Of a DNA stretch of 64,000 bases, positions 31,681 to 41,060 are shown piece by piece (the stretch's first letter is position 1; each line of letters starts with the position of its first letter). The notes below the pieces were generated by a model that had not been told where the DNA came from, did not search any database, and saw only the letters and a program-made list of their open reading frames with translations. The translations under genes were made by a program, and so were the position numbers. The DNA is from an uncultured Gemmatimonadales bacterium (GTDB taxonomy: Bacteria > Gemmatimonadota > Gemmatimonadetes > Gemmatimonadales > GWC2-71-9), in NCBI GenBank assembly GCA_963842945.1, contig CAWJIM010000019.1, positions 448,001-512,000 of the forward strand, given 5' to 3'.

Positions 31681-31694
31681 GTTTCACGTGAAAC
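31681..31694. promoter_or_regulatory. parS site 1
   Basis: GTTTCACGTGAAAC palindrome upstream of parA. Confidence 0.9.
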
Positions 31695-33586
31695 TATGCA
31701 GAGGGGGACGTTTCACGTGAAACGCGCTCGCGTCTACCCAAGCGGATAACCTCCGAGAGGAGGTTTTGAATATCACTGGGTGACACTCCTGGAACCCTGC
31801 TGGCTTGTCCCAGGCTTCTAGGCCGAACGACCTGCAGTTTTTCTCGTGACTCGTAGGAGAGGGCTCTCAATCTTGAATAGTCCAGATCCTCCGGGATGGG
31901 GTACTGTTCCATCTGCCGAATCCGCTCTACAGAAGACCGCTCCTTGGCTACATATCCAGCATACTTCAACTCAACGCTCACCCACTCAATTGCATCAGTG
32001 TCACACTCGAATCCGACGGCTTGCAAGAGCTCTTCCAGCGAAACCTCGGGCCGCCTAGCGAGGTCGGCCAACCTAACCGGCTCCTTGAGAGCTGAAGAAC
32101 CCAAGACACTTAAGGCCGGGTTGGCATCGCTGGGTGAGATCCACGCCCCATCGAGCCTTTCGAGGAGTGAGTTCTCCCGCTGGAGCCTGCGATGAGCCGA
32201 TTCGAGCTCAGCGGGCCTTAGTGTTCCCAGGGTGCCGGCGTGAGGAAGCATCCGACGGAGAGCGTTGTCCTGCCGGAGTAACAACCGGTACTCGGAGCGA
32301 GACGTGAACAGCCGGTAAGGCTCATCCACTCCCCGCGTGACCAGATCGTCGATCAGCACTCCGATGAATCCCGATTGTCGACCTACGACCAGAGGATCTA
32401 GTCCAAGCGCGTGTGCTGCGGCATTGGCCCCTGCCACTGCCCCTTGGGCGGCGGCCTCCTCGTACCCAGTGGTTCCGTTCACTTGCCCAGCGAAGAACAA
32501 GCCATCGATCCCCTTGACCTCAAGTGTCGGGCTGAGCTGGTTTGGTGGAAAATAGTCATACTCGATAGCGTATCCCGGCCTAGTCATCCGAACATGCTGC
32601 AGACCCGGAACGGTCCGGAGGAAATCAAGCTGAATGTCAGGAGGTAGCGACGTGGACAGACCGTTGACGTACATCTCAGTGGTGTCCAGTCCCTCCGGTT
32701 CAAGGAACACTTGGTGACGATCCACTTCGGGGAACTTGACGATCTTGTCTTCTATTGAAGGGCAGTACCTCGGACCTCTGCTGGCAATGGCGCCACCGTA
32801 GAGGGCAGACTGGGCGAGATGCCGCTGGACGATATCCTTGAGCTCGCCGCCAGTATGAGTAAGGAAACAGGGACGCTGCTCGGGCCTTGGTGTACGCTCA
32901 TAGTGTGAAAACCAATAGGGCTCTGGATCGCCGTCTTGGCGCTGGGTTTTGGTGAACTGCACCGTCCGACCATCGATCCGAGGTGGCGTTCCAGTTTTAA
33001 ACCTTCTAGCCTCAAGTCCAAGTTCAGCAAGAGCTTCCGCTAACGCCACTGATGGCGGGTCCCCCGCTCTCCCGCCGGGAATAGCGGTATGCGTACCCCG
33101 GTGAATCTGCCCTCTAAGGAAAGTTCCGGCCGTAACGACAATACTCCTGGCGACCACGCGAGGACCCTCCACTGTCTCGACACTGATAGTGCCACCACCA
33201 GTGTCGACCTCCAACTTGGTCACCGTACCCTGGCGGAGATCGAGCAGTGGCTCCCTTTCAAGAAGGAACCGGACAGCGCGCCGGTACAGGCTTCGATCAC
33301 ACTGAGCCCGAGGTGACCAGACAGCGGGGCCTTTCGAGCGGTTGAGCATTCGGAACTGGATGCAGGCCTTGTCGGTGGCTCTCCCCATTACCCCACCCAG
33401 GGCGTCGATCTCACGCACGATCGTACCCTTGGCAATTCCGCCGATAGCGGGATTGCAGGACATTTGGCCGATCGTTTCGAGATTCTGAGTGAGCAGGAGG
33501 GTCCGCGCCCCACGGCGCGCAGCCAGCGCGGCGGCCTCGCTTCCTGCGTGACCGCCCCCGATCACCACGACGTCGTAGTGGTCCAT
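31694..33586 (-). CDS. mnmG: tRNA uridine 5-carboxymethylaminomethyl modification enzyme
   Basis: GGGHAG, MSCNPAIGG, RFKTGTPPR, PRYCPSIEDK, GQVNGTTGYEEAAAQG. Confidence 0.97.
   Translation of the reverse strand: MDHYDVVVIGGGHAGSEAAALAARRGARTLLLTQNLETIGQMSCNPAIGGIAKGTIVREIDALGGVMGRATDKACIQFRMLNRSKGPAVWSPRAQCDRSLYRRAVRFLLEREPLLDLRQGTVTKLEVDTGGGTISVETVEGPRVVARSIVVTAGTFLRGQIHRGTHTAIPGGRAGDPPSVALAEALAELGLEARRFKTGTPPRIDGRTVQFTKTQRQDGDPEPYWFSHYERTPRPEQRPCFLTHTGGELKDIVQRHLAQSALYGGAIASRGPRYCPSIEDKIVKFPEVDRHQVFLEPEGLDTTEMYVNGLSTSLPPDIQLDFLRTVPGLQHVRMTRPGYAIEYDYFPPNQLSPTLEVKGIDGLFFAGQVNGTTGYEEAAAQGAVAGANAAAHALGLDPLVVGRQSGFIGVLIDDLVTRGVDEPYRLFTSRSEYRLLLRQDNALRRMLPHAGTLGTLRPAELESAHRRLQRENSLLERLDGAWISPSDANPALSVLGSSALKEPVRLADLARRPEVSLEELLQAVGFECDTDAIEWVSVELKYAGYVAKERSSVERIRQMEQYPIPEDLDYSRLRALSYESREKLQVVRPRSLGQASRVPGVSPSDIQNLLSEVIRLGRRERVSRETSPSA
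31709..31724. promoter_or_regulatory. parS site 2 (within the mnmG 3' end)
   Basis: Perfect 16-bp palindrome CGTTTCACGTGAAACG, translated as VSRET. Confidence 0.92.
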
Positions 33587-33593
33587 TGGATCC

Positions 33594-33887
33594 CTAGCTC
33601 GAGCGAGCCTGCTCCCAATTACCGAGCTGGGAAATACGGGCAACCTGGTTGGTTGGAACAACTACATGGCGCTGCTCGCCGCGCACTCCGAACTTGGAGC
33701 TCCGTTGGATGTACTCCTCCTTAGCCATGGCAGAGTGTGCGTCGTGTACTCCAACATCGAGCAGATGCACTCCCGCACTGTCCTCACGATCATACCGACC
33801 CACGTATGTCAGAGCCCCGGCGGTCTCCACCACGACCGTCATTCCGTGCAACGCGGAGTGGCCAGGGTGGAATACGTGTCCCGACAC
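33594..33887 (-). CDS. Hypothetical protein, possible Sm-like fold
   Basis: Fills the brx-mnmG gap; LHGMTVVVET..TYVGRYDRED..VHLLDV..HVVVP..V..I pattern. Confidence 0.7.
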   Translation of the reverse strand: MSGHVFHPGHSALHGMTVVVETAGALTYVGRYDREDSAGVHLLDVGVHDAHSAMAKEEYIQRSSKFGVRGEQRHVVVPTNQVARISQLGNWEQARSS

Positions 33888-33891
33888 GGAG

Positions 33892-34320
33892 CTATACCGC
33901 CGCGCCGCAGAATTTATCGAACGCGCTGGTCAAATCGGCGGCGATTGCCTGAGGTGAGCGCCCCTCGATTTGATGACGGTGCACGAAATGCACTACGTCT
34001 CCATCGCGGAGCAGCGCCATCGAGGGGCTGCTGGGCTGATAATCAGCGAAGTACTGGCGAGCGCGGGCTACCGCCTCCAGATCCTGGCCGGCAAATACGG
34101 TGACCACTTGCTGGGGCACAACAGGATGCTTGAGCGCGAGCGCCAGAGCCGGTCTCGCGTTGCCGGCGGCACAACCGCAGACGGAATTGACGAATACCAG
34201 CATGGATCCGCGTTGATCTCCCAACGCAGCATCCACTTCAACAGCTGTAGTGAGCTCGCGAGCACCCAGGCGGGTAACCTCGGTGCGCATCGGAGCTACC
34301 AAAGCAGGATTATACGGCAT
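33892..34320 (-). CDS. BrxA/BrxB family bacilliredoxin
   Basis: VNSVCGCAAGNARP, TVFAGQD, PSSPSMAL, RHQIEGR. Confidence 0.93.
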   Translation of the reverse strand: MPYNPALVAPMRTEVTRLGARELTTAVEVDAALGDQRGSMLVFVNSVCGCAAGNARPALALALKHPVVPQQVVTVFAGQDLEAVARARQYFADYQPSSPSMALLRDGDVVHFVHRHQIEGRSPQAIAADLTSAFDKFCGAAV

Positions 34321-34334
34321 GACTATCCCTTGTG

Positions 34335-34784
34335 TTATTCGGTTGATACCACAGCCTCGGGCCGATCCAATGCGGCGCGGAGCGCGTGCCATGACAGGCC
34401 GGCGCACTTGACCCGAACCGGATACTCGGCCACTCCCGCAAACGCCACCAGTTTCCCCAGTGCCCGCTGTTGATCTGGTTGGAGAGTACCTGTGATCAGC
34501 CGCCGGAACTGCTCAAACAGATCTTCTGCCTCGGCCTTGCGCTTGCCTTTGACGGCCACGGTCATGAGAGATGCCGATGCTTTCGAAATCGCACATCCCG
34601 AACCTTGGAAGGCGACGTCTTCGATGAGATCACCTTCCATCCGTAGCCAAACCGTGAGTTTGTCGCCACAAAGCGGATTATGCCCTTCCGCTTTCCGGTT
34701 GGCGTTCTCGATCTCCCGGTAATTCCGCGGCGTCCGATTGTGATCCAGAATGAGATCCTGATATAGCGTGACCAGGGTCCCCAT
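34335..34784 (-). CDS. sufU: SUF system NifU-family protein
   Basis: LYQDLILDH, NPLCGD, GCAISKASAS, RVKCA. Confidence 0.95.
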   Translation of the reverse strand: MGTLVTLYQDLILDHNRTPRNYREIENANRKAEGHNPLCGDKLTVWLRMEGDLIEDVAFQGSGCAISKASASLMTVAVKGKRKAEAEDLFEQFRRLITGTLQPDQQRALGKLVAFAGVAEYPVRVKCAGLSWHALRAALDRPEAVVSTE

Positions 34785-36068
34785 CAGGCAAACATCCTCG
34801 AGACGTTTTTCAGGCCCACAGCCAGTGCGTCGACCTCGGCCTTGGTGTTGTACAAGGCGAAGGAGGCGCGTGCGGTGGCTGCGACACCAAAGTGGCGCAT
34901 CAACGGCTGAGTGCAGTGGTGTCCCGCCCTGATCGCGATTCCCTCGGCATCGAGGATGGTTCCGATATCGTGGGGGTGGACGTCCTTGAGCACAAACGAC
35001 AGCACGCCCGCCTTATCGGGAGCGGTGCCGATGATCCGACATCCCGGAATGCCGCTCAGCAGCTCGGTGGCATGAGCAAGCAGTTGCTGCTCCCAGCGCG
35101 CGATGGACTCACGCCCTACACCATTCACGTAATCGAGGGCCGCCCCGAGCCCTATTGCCTGGGCGATCATGGGCGTGCCCGCCTCGAACTTGGCAGGAAG
35201 AGGAGCCCAGGTCGACCGCTCGATAGTGACTGTCTCGATCATGCCGCCGCCACCCTGATACGGGGGCATCAGCTCGAGCAGCGCCTCGCGGCCGTACAAC
35301 ACGCCAATACCGGTTGGGCCGTACAGCTTGTGCCCGGAGAAGGCCAGGAAGTCGCAGTCCAGATCCTGCACGTCGACCGGCAGATGGGGAACCGATTGCG
35401 CCGCGTCCACCAGCACAGGGATGTTCCGCTCGCGAGCCCAGCTCGTGATTTGCTCTGATGGGATTAATGGTTCCCAGCGCGTTGGAGAGATGGACCAGCG
35501 CAATAAACCGTGTACGGTCGTTCAGGAGCCGAGAGAACTGATCGAGATCAAGCTCCCCGTCCTGGGTGAGGGGGACAGCACGGAGAACGGCCCCGGTTTG
35601 CTCACACAGCAGCTGCCAGGGCACGATATTCGAGTGGTGCTCCATCCCGGTGATGAGCACCTCGTCACCTGACCCGAGAAAACGCCTGCCATAGCTCTGA
35701 GCGACGAGATTGATGGCATCGGTGGTGCCCCGGGTGAAGATCACCTCGTGCGGCGCCCGGGCATTGATGAACTGGGCGACTTTGACCCGTACTGCTTCGA
35801 AGGCGGCGCTGGCCTGACCGCTCAAATAGTGCACACCACGGTGGATGTTGGCGTTCTCCCGGCTGTAAAACCGGAGAACTGCTTCGATGACTGCGTGAGG
35901 CTTCTGGGTGGTGGCTGCGTTGTCGAGATATACCAGCGGGCGCCCATGTATCTGCTCTTGCAGAATGGGAAAGTCCTGCCTGACTCTCTCGACATCGAGC
36001 GGTGGGCGCGGTGCAAGGTGCAGTTCCGCATTTCCGACGATCCGGTCAGAAACCGTGGTTCCGCTCAC
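34784..36068 (-). CDS. sufS: Cysteine desulfurase; frameshift near 35455
   Basis: YLDNAATTQKP, EHHSNIVPW, FSGHK, RAGHHC. Confidence 0.95.
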
Positions 36069-37366
36069 CGGGCCCCCAGACGCTCGCGCACGAGTCCCTC
36101 CAGCTCTTCCCGCACCGGCTCCAGGCTCACCTCGGCAATGACCTCAGCGGCAAAGGCATAGGTCAAAAGCCGCTGTGCTTCCGCAGCAGGAATTCCGCGG
36201 CTGCGAGAGTAAAACAGGGCGAGGTCGTCGAGTCGTCCGACGGTGGCACCGTGAGTGCACTTGACGTCGTCCGCGAAGATCTCCAGCTGGGGCTTGGTGT
36301 CGACCCTGGCGCCATCACTCAGAAGCAGGTTCCGATTGGTCTGTTTGGCGTCGGTCTTCTGGGCCTCGGGCTTTACGAACACCTTCCCGTTGAACACGCC
36401 GCGGGAACGTCCATCCAACACACCCTTATAGACCTCCCAGCTCCGACAGTTGGGTTGGTCGTGGTATATGGCGGTATGATTGTCCACCAACTGCTCGCCG
36501 CGGGTGAGGTAGAGCCCATACAGCAGTGTCTCCACGTTCTCGTCATTCAGGCGAGCATGCAGATTGTGCCGCGCAATGGCCCCACCGATAGCCATGGAGA
36601 ATGAGCGATAGTGGCTGTCTCTCTGCTGGTCGACGTGGGTCAGGCCGATGTGGTAGGCCTGCTCGCTCTCGCGCTGGATCCGGGTGTGTTCCAGCCAGGC
36701 GTTTTCGCCCAGCGAGACTTCGGTAACCGGGTTGGTCCAGTAGGAGCTATCAGGGCTCAGGGTGACATAGCTCTCCACCACAGCAGCCCGGGCTCCGCGT
36801 TCGACCACAACGAGATTTCTGGGATGAACCACGCTGCCGGCCGCCTCCGGCGTCGTCACGAACAGCAGGTGAATGGGGCGCAGGAGCTCGGCGCCTGCCC
36901 TGACATGAACCAGTCCTCCGTCCCTTATCATGGCGGTGTTCAAGGCGACAAAAGGACTCGCTTCGATTGGCGCGTGGCGGCCCAAATGTGATTGCAAAAC
37001 CGCCCCGTCGGCTCGAAGCGCTTCTGCCAGACTAGTGACCCGGACTCCCGGAATGCTGAAGGCCGTGCTCAGGTCTTCGCGATAGGATCCGTTCACGAAG
37101 ACGAGAGTACTCCAATCCGGATGGCCAAACTCAAACCGCTTGAGCTCGTCCTGCGTGATTGCGGCTGTTTGCGGGGCCGGGCGCCATGAGTTCTGGGCGA
37201 TGGGTCCGATTGGCGTGAAGCGCCACTCTTCGTCGCGCGAAGTGGGAAATCCCGTGCGGGCAAAACGGTCCAACGCCGCGCGGCAGACCGGCTCCAGCCA
37301 ATCGGGCAGTTCCGCTGTTCCGCTGGCGCTGTGCATCCCAATCTCCTGCAATGTGGCGGAGCTCAC
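36065..37366 (-). CDS. sufD: Fe-S cluster assembly protein SufD
   Basis: EEWRFT, GVFNGK, AQKTDAKQ, KPQLEIFADDVKCTHGAT. Confidence 0.95.
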   Translation of the reverse strand: MSSATLQEIGMHSASGTAELPDWLEPVCRAALDRFARTGFPTSRDEEWRFTPIGPIAQNSWRPAPQTAAITQDELKRFEFGHPDWSTLVFVNGSYREDLSTAFSIPGVRVTSLAEALRADGAVLQSHLGRHAPIEASPFVALNTAMIRDGGLVHVRAGAELLRPIHLLFVTTPEAAGSVVHPRNLVVVERGARAAVVESYVTLSPDSSYWTNPVTEVSLGENAWLEHTRIQRESEQAYHIGLTHVDQQRDSHYRSFSMAIGGAIARHNLHARLNDENVETLLYGLYLTRGEQLVDNHTAIYHDQPNCRSWEVYKGVLDGRSRGVFNGKVFVKPEAQKTDAKQTNRNLLLSDGARVDTKPQLEIFADDVKCTHGATVGRLDDLALFYSRSRGIPAAEAQRLLTYAFAAEVIAEVSLEPVREELEGLVRERLGAR

Positions 37367-38130
37367 GACGCCAGCGCCTCGTCCTCGAGCCACTCGTATC
37401 CTCGCTCCTCCAGCTCCAGTGCCAGCTCCTTGCCTCCGGACCTGACGATGCGTCCGGCCGAGAGCACATGAACGTGGTCGGGAACGATGTAGTTGAGAAG
37501 CCGCTGATAATGGGTAACCAGCACGGTCGCGTTATCGGGACGGCGCAAGGCATTCACCCCGCCGGCGACGATCCGCAAGGCGTCGATATCGAGTCCTGAG
37601 TCTGTCTCATCCAGAACCGCGAGCCGGGGCTGCAGCACCGCCATCTGTAAAATCTCGTTCCGCTTCTTCTCTCCGCCCGAGAACCCCGAGTTCACAGCCC
37701 GACTCATGATCTCCGGGCCCCATTCAACAACCTTGAGCTTCTCCTCCAGCAGGTCGAGAAAGTCCATCGAGTCAACCTCTTCGAGACCGCGCGCCTTCTG
37801 GATCTCGTTGTAGGCGGCTCGGAGAAAGTAGGCGTTGCTGACGCCAGGGATCTCTACCGGATACTGGAAGGCCAGGAAGACTCCCGCCTGGGCGCGCTCT
37901 TCCGGCTCCATGTCCAGCAGGTTCTGCCCCTGATAGAGAATTTCACCCGCAGTGACCTGGTAGGCGGGATGACCGGCAATGACTTGGGCCAAGGTGCTCT
38001 TTCCGGAACCATTCGGACCCATGACCGCGTGCACTTCGCCCAGGTGGACACGCAGATCAATGCCCCGGAGGATCTCCTTGTCTCCCGCGTTGGCACGAAG
38101 CCCTTTGACTTCAAGCAGTGGCGTCGTCAT
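37363..38130 (-). CDS. sufC: Fe-S cluster assembly ATPase SufC
   Basis: MGPNGSGKST, FQYPVEIPGV, GFSGGEKKR, DETDSGLD. Confidence 0.97.
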   Translation of the reverse strand: MTTPLLEVKGLRANAGDKEILRGIDLRVHLGEVHAVMGPNGSGKSTLAQVIAGHPAYQVTAGEILYQGQNLLDMEPEERAQAGVFLAFQYPVEIPGVSNAYFLRAAYNEIQKARGLEEVDSMDFLDLLEEKLKVVEWGPEIMSRAVNSGFSGGEKKRNEILQMAVLQPRLAVLDETDSGLDIDALRIVAGGVNALRRPDNATVLVTHYQRLLNYIVPDHVHVLSAGRIVRSGGKELALELEERGYEWLEDEALAS

Positions 38131-39569
38131 TAGCCCACACTTCCTTCCAGGCTCACGCCGAGGAGTTTCTGCGCCTCGACCGCGAACTCCATGGGGAGCT
38201 CCTTGAATACCTCTTTGCAGAACCCATTTACGATCATCGAGATGGCGTTCTCGGTGTTGAGTCCCCGCTGCTTCAGATAGAAGATCTGGTCCTCGCCGAT
38301 CTTGGAGGTTGAAGCTTCGTGCTCGACGGCAGCGGTGGAGTTCTGGACCTCGATATAGGGGAAGGTATGGGCGCCGCAGCGATTCCCGATGAGCATCGAG
38401 TCGCACTGGGTGTAATTGCGGGCACCGGCTGCCTTGGGCAGCACCTTGACCAGACCCCGGTAGCTGTTTTGGCCCCGGCCCGCGGAAATGCCCTTCGACA
38501 CGATCGTGCTGCGCGTGTTCTTTCCCATATGGATCATCTTGGTTCCCGTATCCGCCTGTTGCTTGCCGTTCACCACGGCCACCGAGTAGAACTCGCCAAC
38601 AGAGTTGTCTCCCTGGAGAATGACGCTGGGATACTTCCAGGTGATGGCCGATCCGGTCTCCACCTGGGTCCAGGAGATCTTGGAGTTGGCTCCGGCACAC
38701 TTCCCGCGCTTGGTCACGAAGTTATAGATCCCTCCGCGGCCTTCCTCGTCGCCGGCGTACCAGTTCTGCACAGTTGAGTACTTGATGCTGGCGCCTTCGA
38801 GGGCTACGAGCTCAACCACGGCCGCGTGCAGCTGGTTCTCGTCCCGGCGGGGGGCCGTACACCCCTCGAGATAACTGACCGAGGCTCCTTCTTCCGCAAT
38901 GATGAGCGTGCGCTCGAACTGACCCGTTTCCGCCGCATTGATCCGGAAATAGGTAGATAGCTCCATGGGGCATCGTACGCCCCGGGGGACAAAGACGAAC
39001 GATCCGTCGCTAAAGACCGCTGCGTTGAGCGCGGCAAAGAAATTGTCGCTCGCCGGCACCACGGAGCCGAGGTATTGCCGAACCAGCTCGGGATGCTCGC
39101 GCACTGCCTCGCCGAAGGAGCAGAAGATGATTCCCGCCTCGGCGAGCTTTGCTTTATAGGTGGTCCCGACGGAGACGCTGTCGAAAATGGCGTCGACCGC
39201 AACACCCGCCATCAGCTTCTGTTCCGAGAGAGGGATGCCCAGCTTCTGGTAGGTCTCCAGCAGCTTGGGGTCGACCTCATCCAGGCTTCCCAGCGGCTTC
39301 GTCGTTCTGGGCGCTGCGTAGTAGCGAAGCCCTTGGTAGTCCACCGGGTTGTATCTGATGTTGGGCCAGCTATGTGGCTCTGACATTTTCAACCAACCCC
39401 GGAACGCCTTCAACCGCCACGCGAGCAGCCATTCAGGCTCGCCCTTCTTGGCGGAGATCAGCCGGATGATGTCTTCATTCAGGCCGCGAGGAGCGACATC
39501 GGATTCGATATCGGTAACGAACCCATACTTGTACTCTCTGTTGACCAGCGTCTCGACCGGCGAGCTCAT
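38130..39569 (-). CDS. sufB: Fe-S cluster assembly protein SufB
   Basis: [35 protein letters not shown]. Confidence 0.97.
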   Translation of the reverse strand: MSSPVETLVNREYKYGFVTDIESDVAPRGLNEDIIRLISAKKGEPEWLLAWRLKAFRGWLKMSEPHSWPNIRYNPVDYQGLRYYAAPRTTKPLGSLDEVDPKLLETYQKLGIPLSEQKLMAGVAVDAIFDSVSVGTTYKAKLAEAGIIFCSFGEAVREHPELVRQYLGSVVPASDNFFAALNAAVFSDGSFVFVPRGVRCPMELSTYFRINAAETGQFERTLIIAEEGASVSYLEGCTAPRRDENQLHAAVVELVALEGASIKYSTVQNWYAGDEEGRGGIYNFVTKRGKCAGANSKISWTQVETGSAITWKYPSVILQGDNSVGEFYSVAVVNGKQQADTGTKMIHMGKNTRSTIVSKGISAGRGQNSYRGLVKVLPKAAGARNYTQCDSMLIGNRCGAHTFPYIEVQNSTAAVEHEASTSKIGEDQIFYLKQRGLNTENAISMIVNGFCKEVFKELPMEFAVEAQKLLGVSLEGSVG

Positions 39570-40240
39570 GCGTTGTCCTCCACGGGTGCCTTGGGACCTG
39601 CATAGCGCACCCGATACTCGCACGCCGTGCATCCATTGAGTATGTGTCGCTTCCGCTGAACATCGGCATTCAGGACCGTACTCAAAAACCTCGCCTCTGC
39701 AGCGCAGATTTCCGGGAACTGCTCCGCAACCGCCTGAACGGCGCAGTTGTGCTCCGTCAGCGTGTCCGGGGCAGCCTCAGCCATGTAACCCTCGACCGAC
39801 AACAAGCTGGCGATCTTTTCCAGCCGCTGATCTGGAGAGGAATCGGCGAGATCCGGCTGGACCCGTTCCGCCAGATTCGTGAAATGCGCATCAAGGAGGG
39901 CAACCGCCCGATCCCGCCCCTGTGTCCTCACCAGCTGCTGCAGCAGACCAAGCAGAAGGGTTTCGGAGCCTCGAGGAAATAGAGCCTCGCCCGCCTCGGC
40001 CAGGCGGTAGGCGAAGACCGGTGCACCTACGCCGCGCCGCTCGGTTCGGTACTCCACGAGTCCGTGCTGCCCCAGGTCTCTGAGGTGGTGCCGAACCGCG
40101 TTGAGAGACACACCGATCCTGGAGGCAAGTTCTTTGGTGGTAAGGGACTGCGTTTTCTTCAGCTGGAGCAGGATAGCGCCGCGAATTCCCCCCTGACCCG
40201 CAGGTAGGTCCGTAACTTTTTCTTGGCGCTGAGGTGACAT
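39566..40240 (-). CDS. sufR: SufR-type HTH regulator
   Basis: N-terminal wHTH; EHNC..CAAE...C ligands; first gene of the suf operon. Confidence 0.88.
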   Translation of the reverse strand: MSPQRQEKVTDLPAGQGGIRGAILLQLKKTQSLTTKELASRIGVSLNAVRHHLRDLGQHGLVEYRTERRGVGAPVFAYRLAEAGEALFPRGSETLLLGLLQQLVRTQGRDRAVALLDAHFTNLAERVQPDLADSSPDQRLEKIASLLSVEGYMAEAAPDTLTEHNCAVQAVAEQFPEICAAEARFLSTVLNADVQRKRHILNGCTACEYRVRYAGPKAPVEDNA

Positions 40241-40246
40241 GCCGGA

Positions 40247-40275
40247 ATCATAAGTAAAACAGTCGGAATTGTCAA
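40247..40275 (-). promoter_or_regulatory. Sigma70 promoter of the suf operon (probably leaderless)
   Basis: Minus strand TTGACA(40275-40270)-17 bp-TATGAT(40252-40247); ATG begins 7 nt downstream. Confidence 0.75.
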
Positions 40276-40301
40276 TTCACACTAAGAATTGGTGCGAATT
40301 G
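40273..40301. promoter_or_regulatory. Inverted repeat, candidate SufR operator
   Basis: CAATTCACAC-N9-GTGCGAATTG (9/10 match) overlapping the -35 element. Confidence 0.5.
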
Positions 40302-40477
40302 TATTGCACTACACGGCAATGAGTTACACCACTCCTCCGATGATTGTTCCGTTCCAGTTAGCCAGGCTCAAGTTGAGTAGTTGTTATTACAGCTACTAAA
40401 CCAGTCTGGCTCGCCTGCTCCCTCCGTCGCATATTCAGCTAAGTGAACTTTGGTTACCCCCTCATACGTTCTAAGCC

Positions 40478-41044
40478 ATGACCATCCACCGCATCCGTCT
40501 GCTCGGCGATCCAGTCCTGCGAACCCGCTGTGAGACCATTTCCCGCCCCCGCTCCACCGCTGTTCGAGTCATCATGGACGATATGCGGGAAACCCTGCGG
40601 GACTGGCAATCACGGTTTGCTGGAGGCCGCGGTATTGCGGCGCCGCAGATTGGCGCGCCGGTACGGATGGTGTACGTCGACATGGGTGAGCCCTGGCCTC
40701 TGATCAATCCCGAGATCATTGACATCGGCAACGAAGACTTTGACGTCTGGGACGACTGCTTTTCCTTTCCGAACTTGCTGGTCCGGGTGTCGCGGGCTTA
40801 CCGGATCAAGGTCCGGTATCAGGACTTGAAGGGAGACTGGGCAGAGGTGGAGGTGGAAGGAGACCGGGCGGAATTACTCCAGCACGAGATTGACCACCTG
40901 GACGGCGTACTTGCCGTGGACCGAGCCCAGGGTCTGGATCCTTTCTGCCTCCGGGAAGAGTGGCACCGGCAACATGGGATCCGGGGGCGCTACGGCCCAC
41001 CGGAGCCGAGATCGGCCAGCTACGCTACGCAGTTGGAAACGTGA
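40478..41044 (+). CDS. def: Peptide deformylase
   Basis: GRGIAAPQIG, DDCFS (EGCLS variant), QHEIDHLDG. Confidence 0.92.
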   Translation: MTIHRIRLLGDPVLRTRCETISRPRSTAVRVIMDDMRETLRDWQSRFAGGRGIAAPQIGAPVRMVYVDMGEPWPLINPEIIDIGNEDFDVWDDCFSFPNLLVRVSRAYRIKVRYQDLKGDWAEVEVEGDRAELLQHEIDHLDGVLAVDRAQGLDPFCLREEWHRQHGIRGRYGPPEPRSASYATQLET

Positions 41045-41060
41045 TCCAATCGGCCTGTTT

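Noticed and set aside
31527..31724. Replication origin next to mnmG/parA
   Set aside because: I saw no cluster of DnaA boxes (TTATCCACA) and no dnaA/dnaN; only parS is supported.
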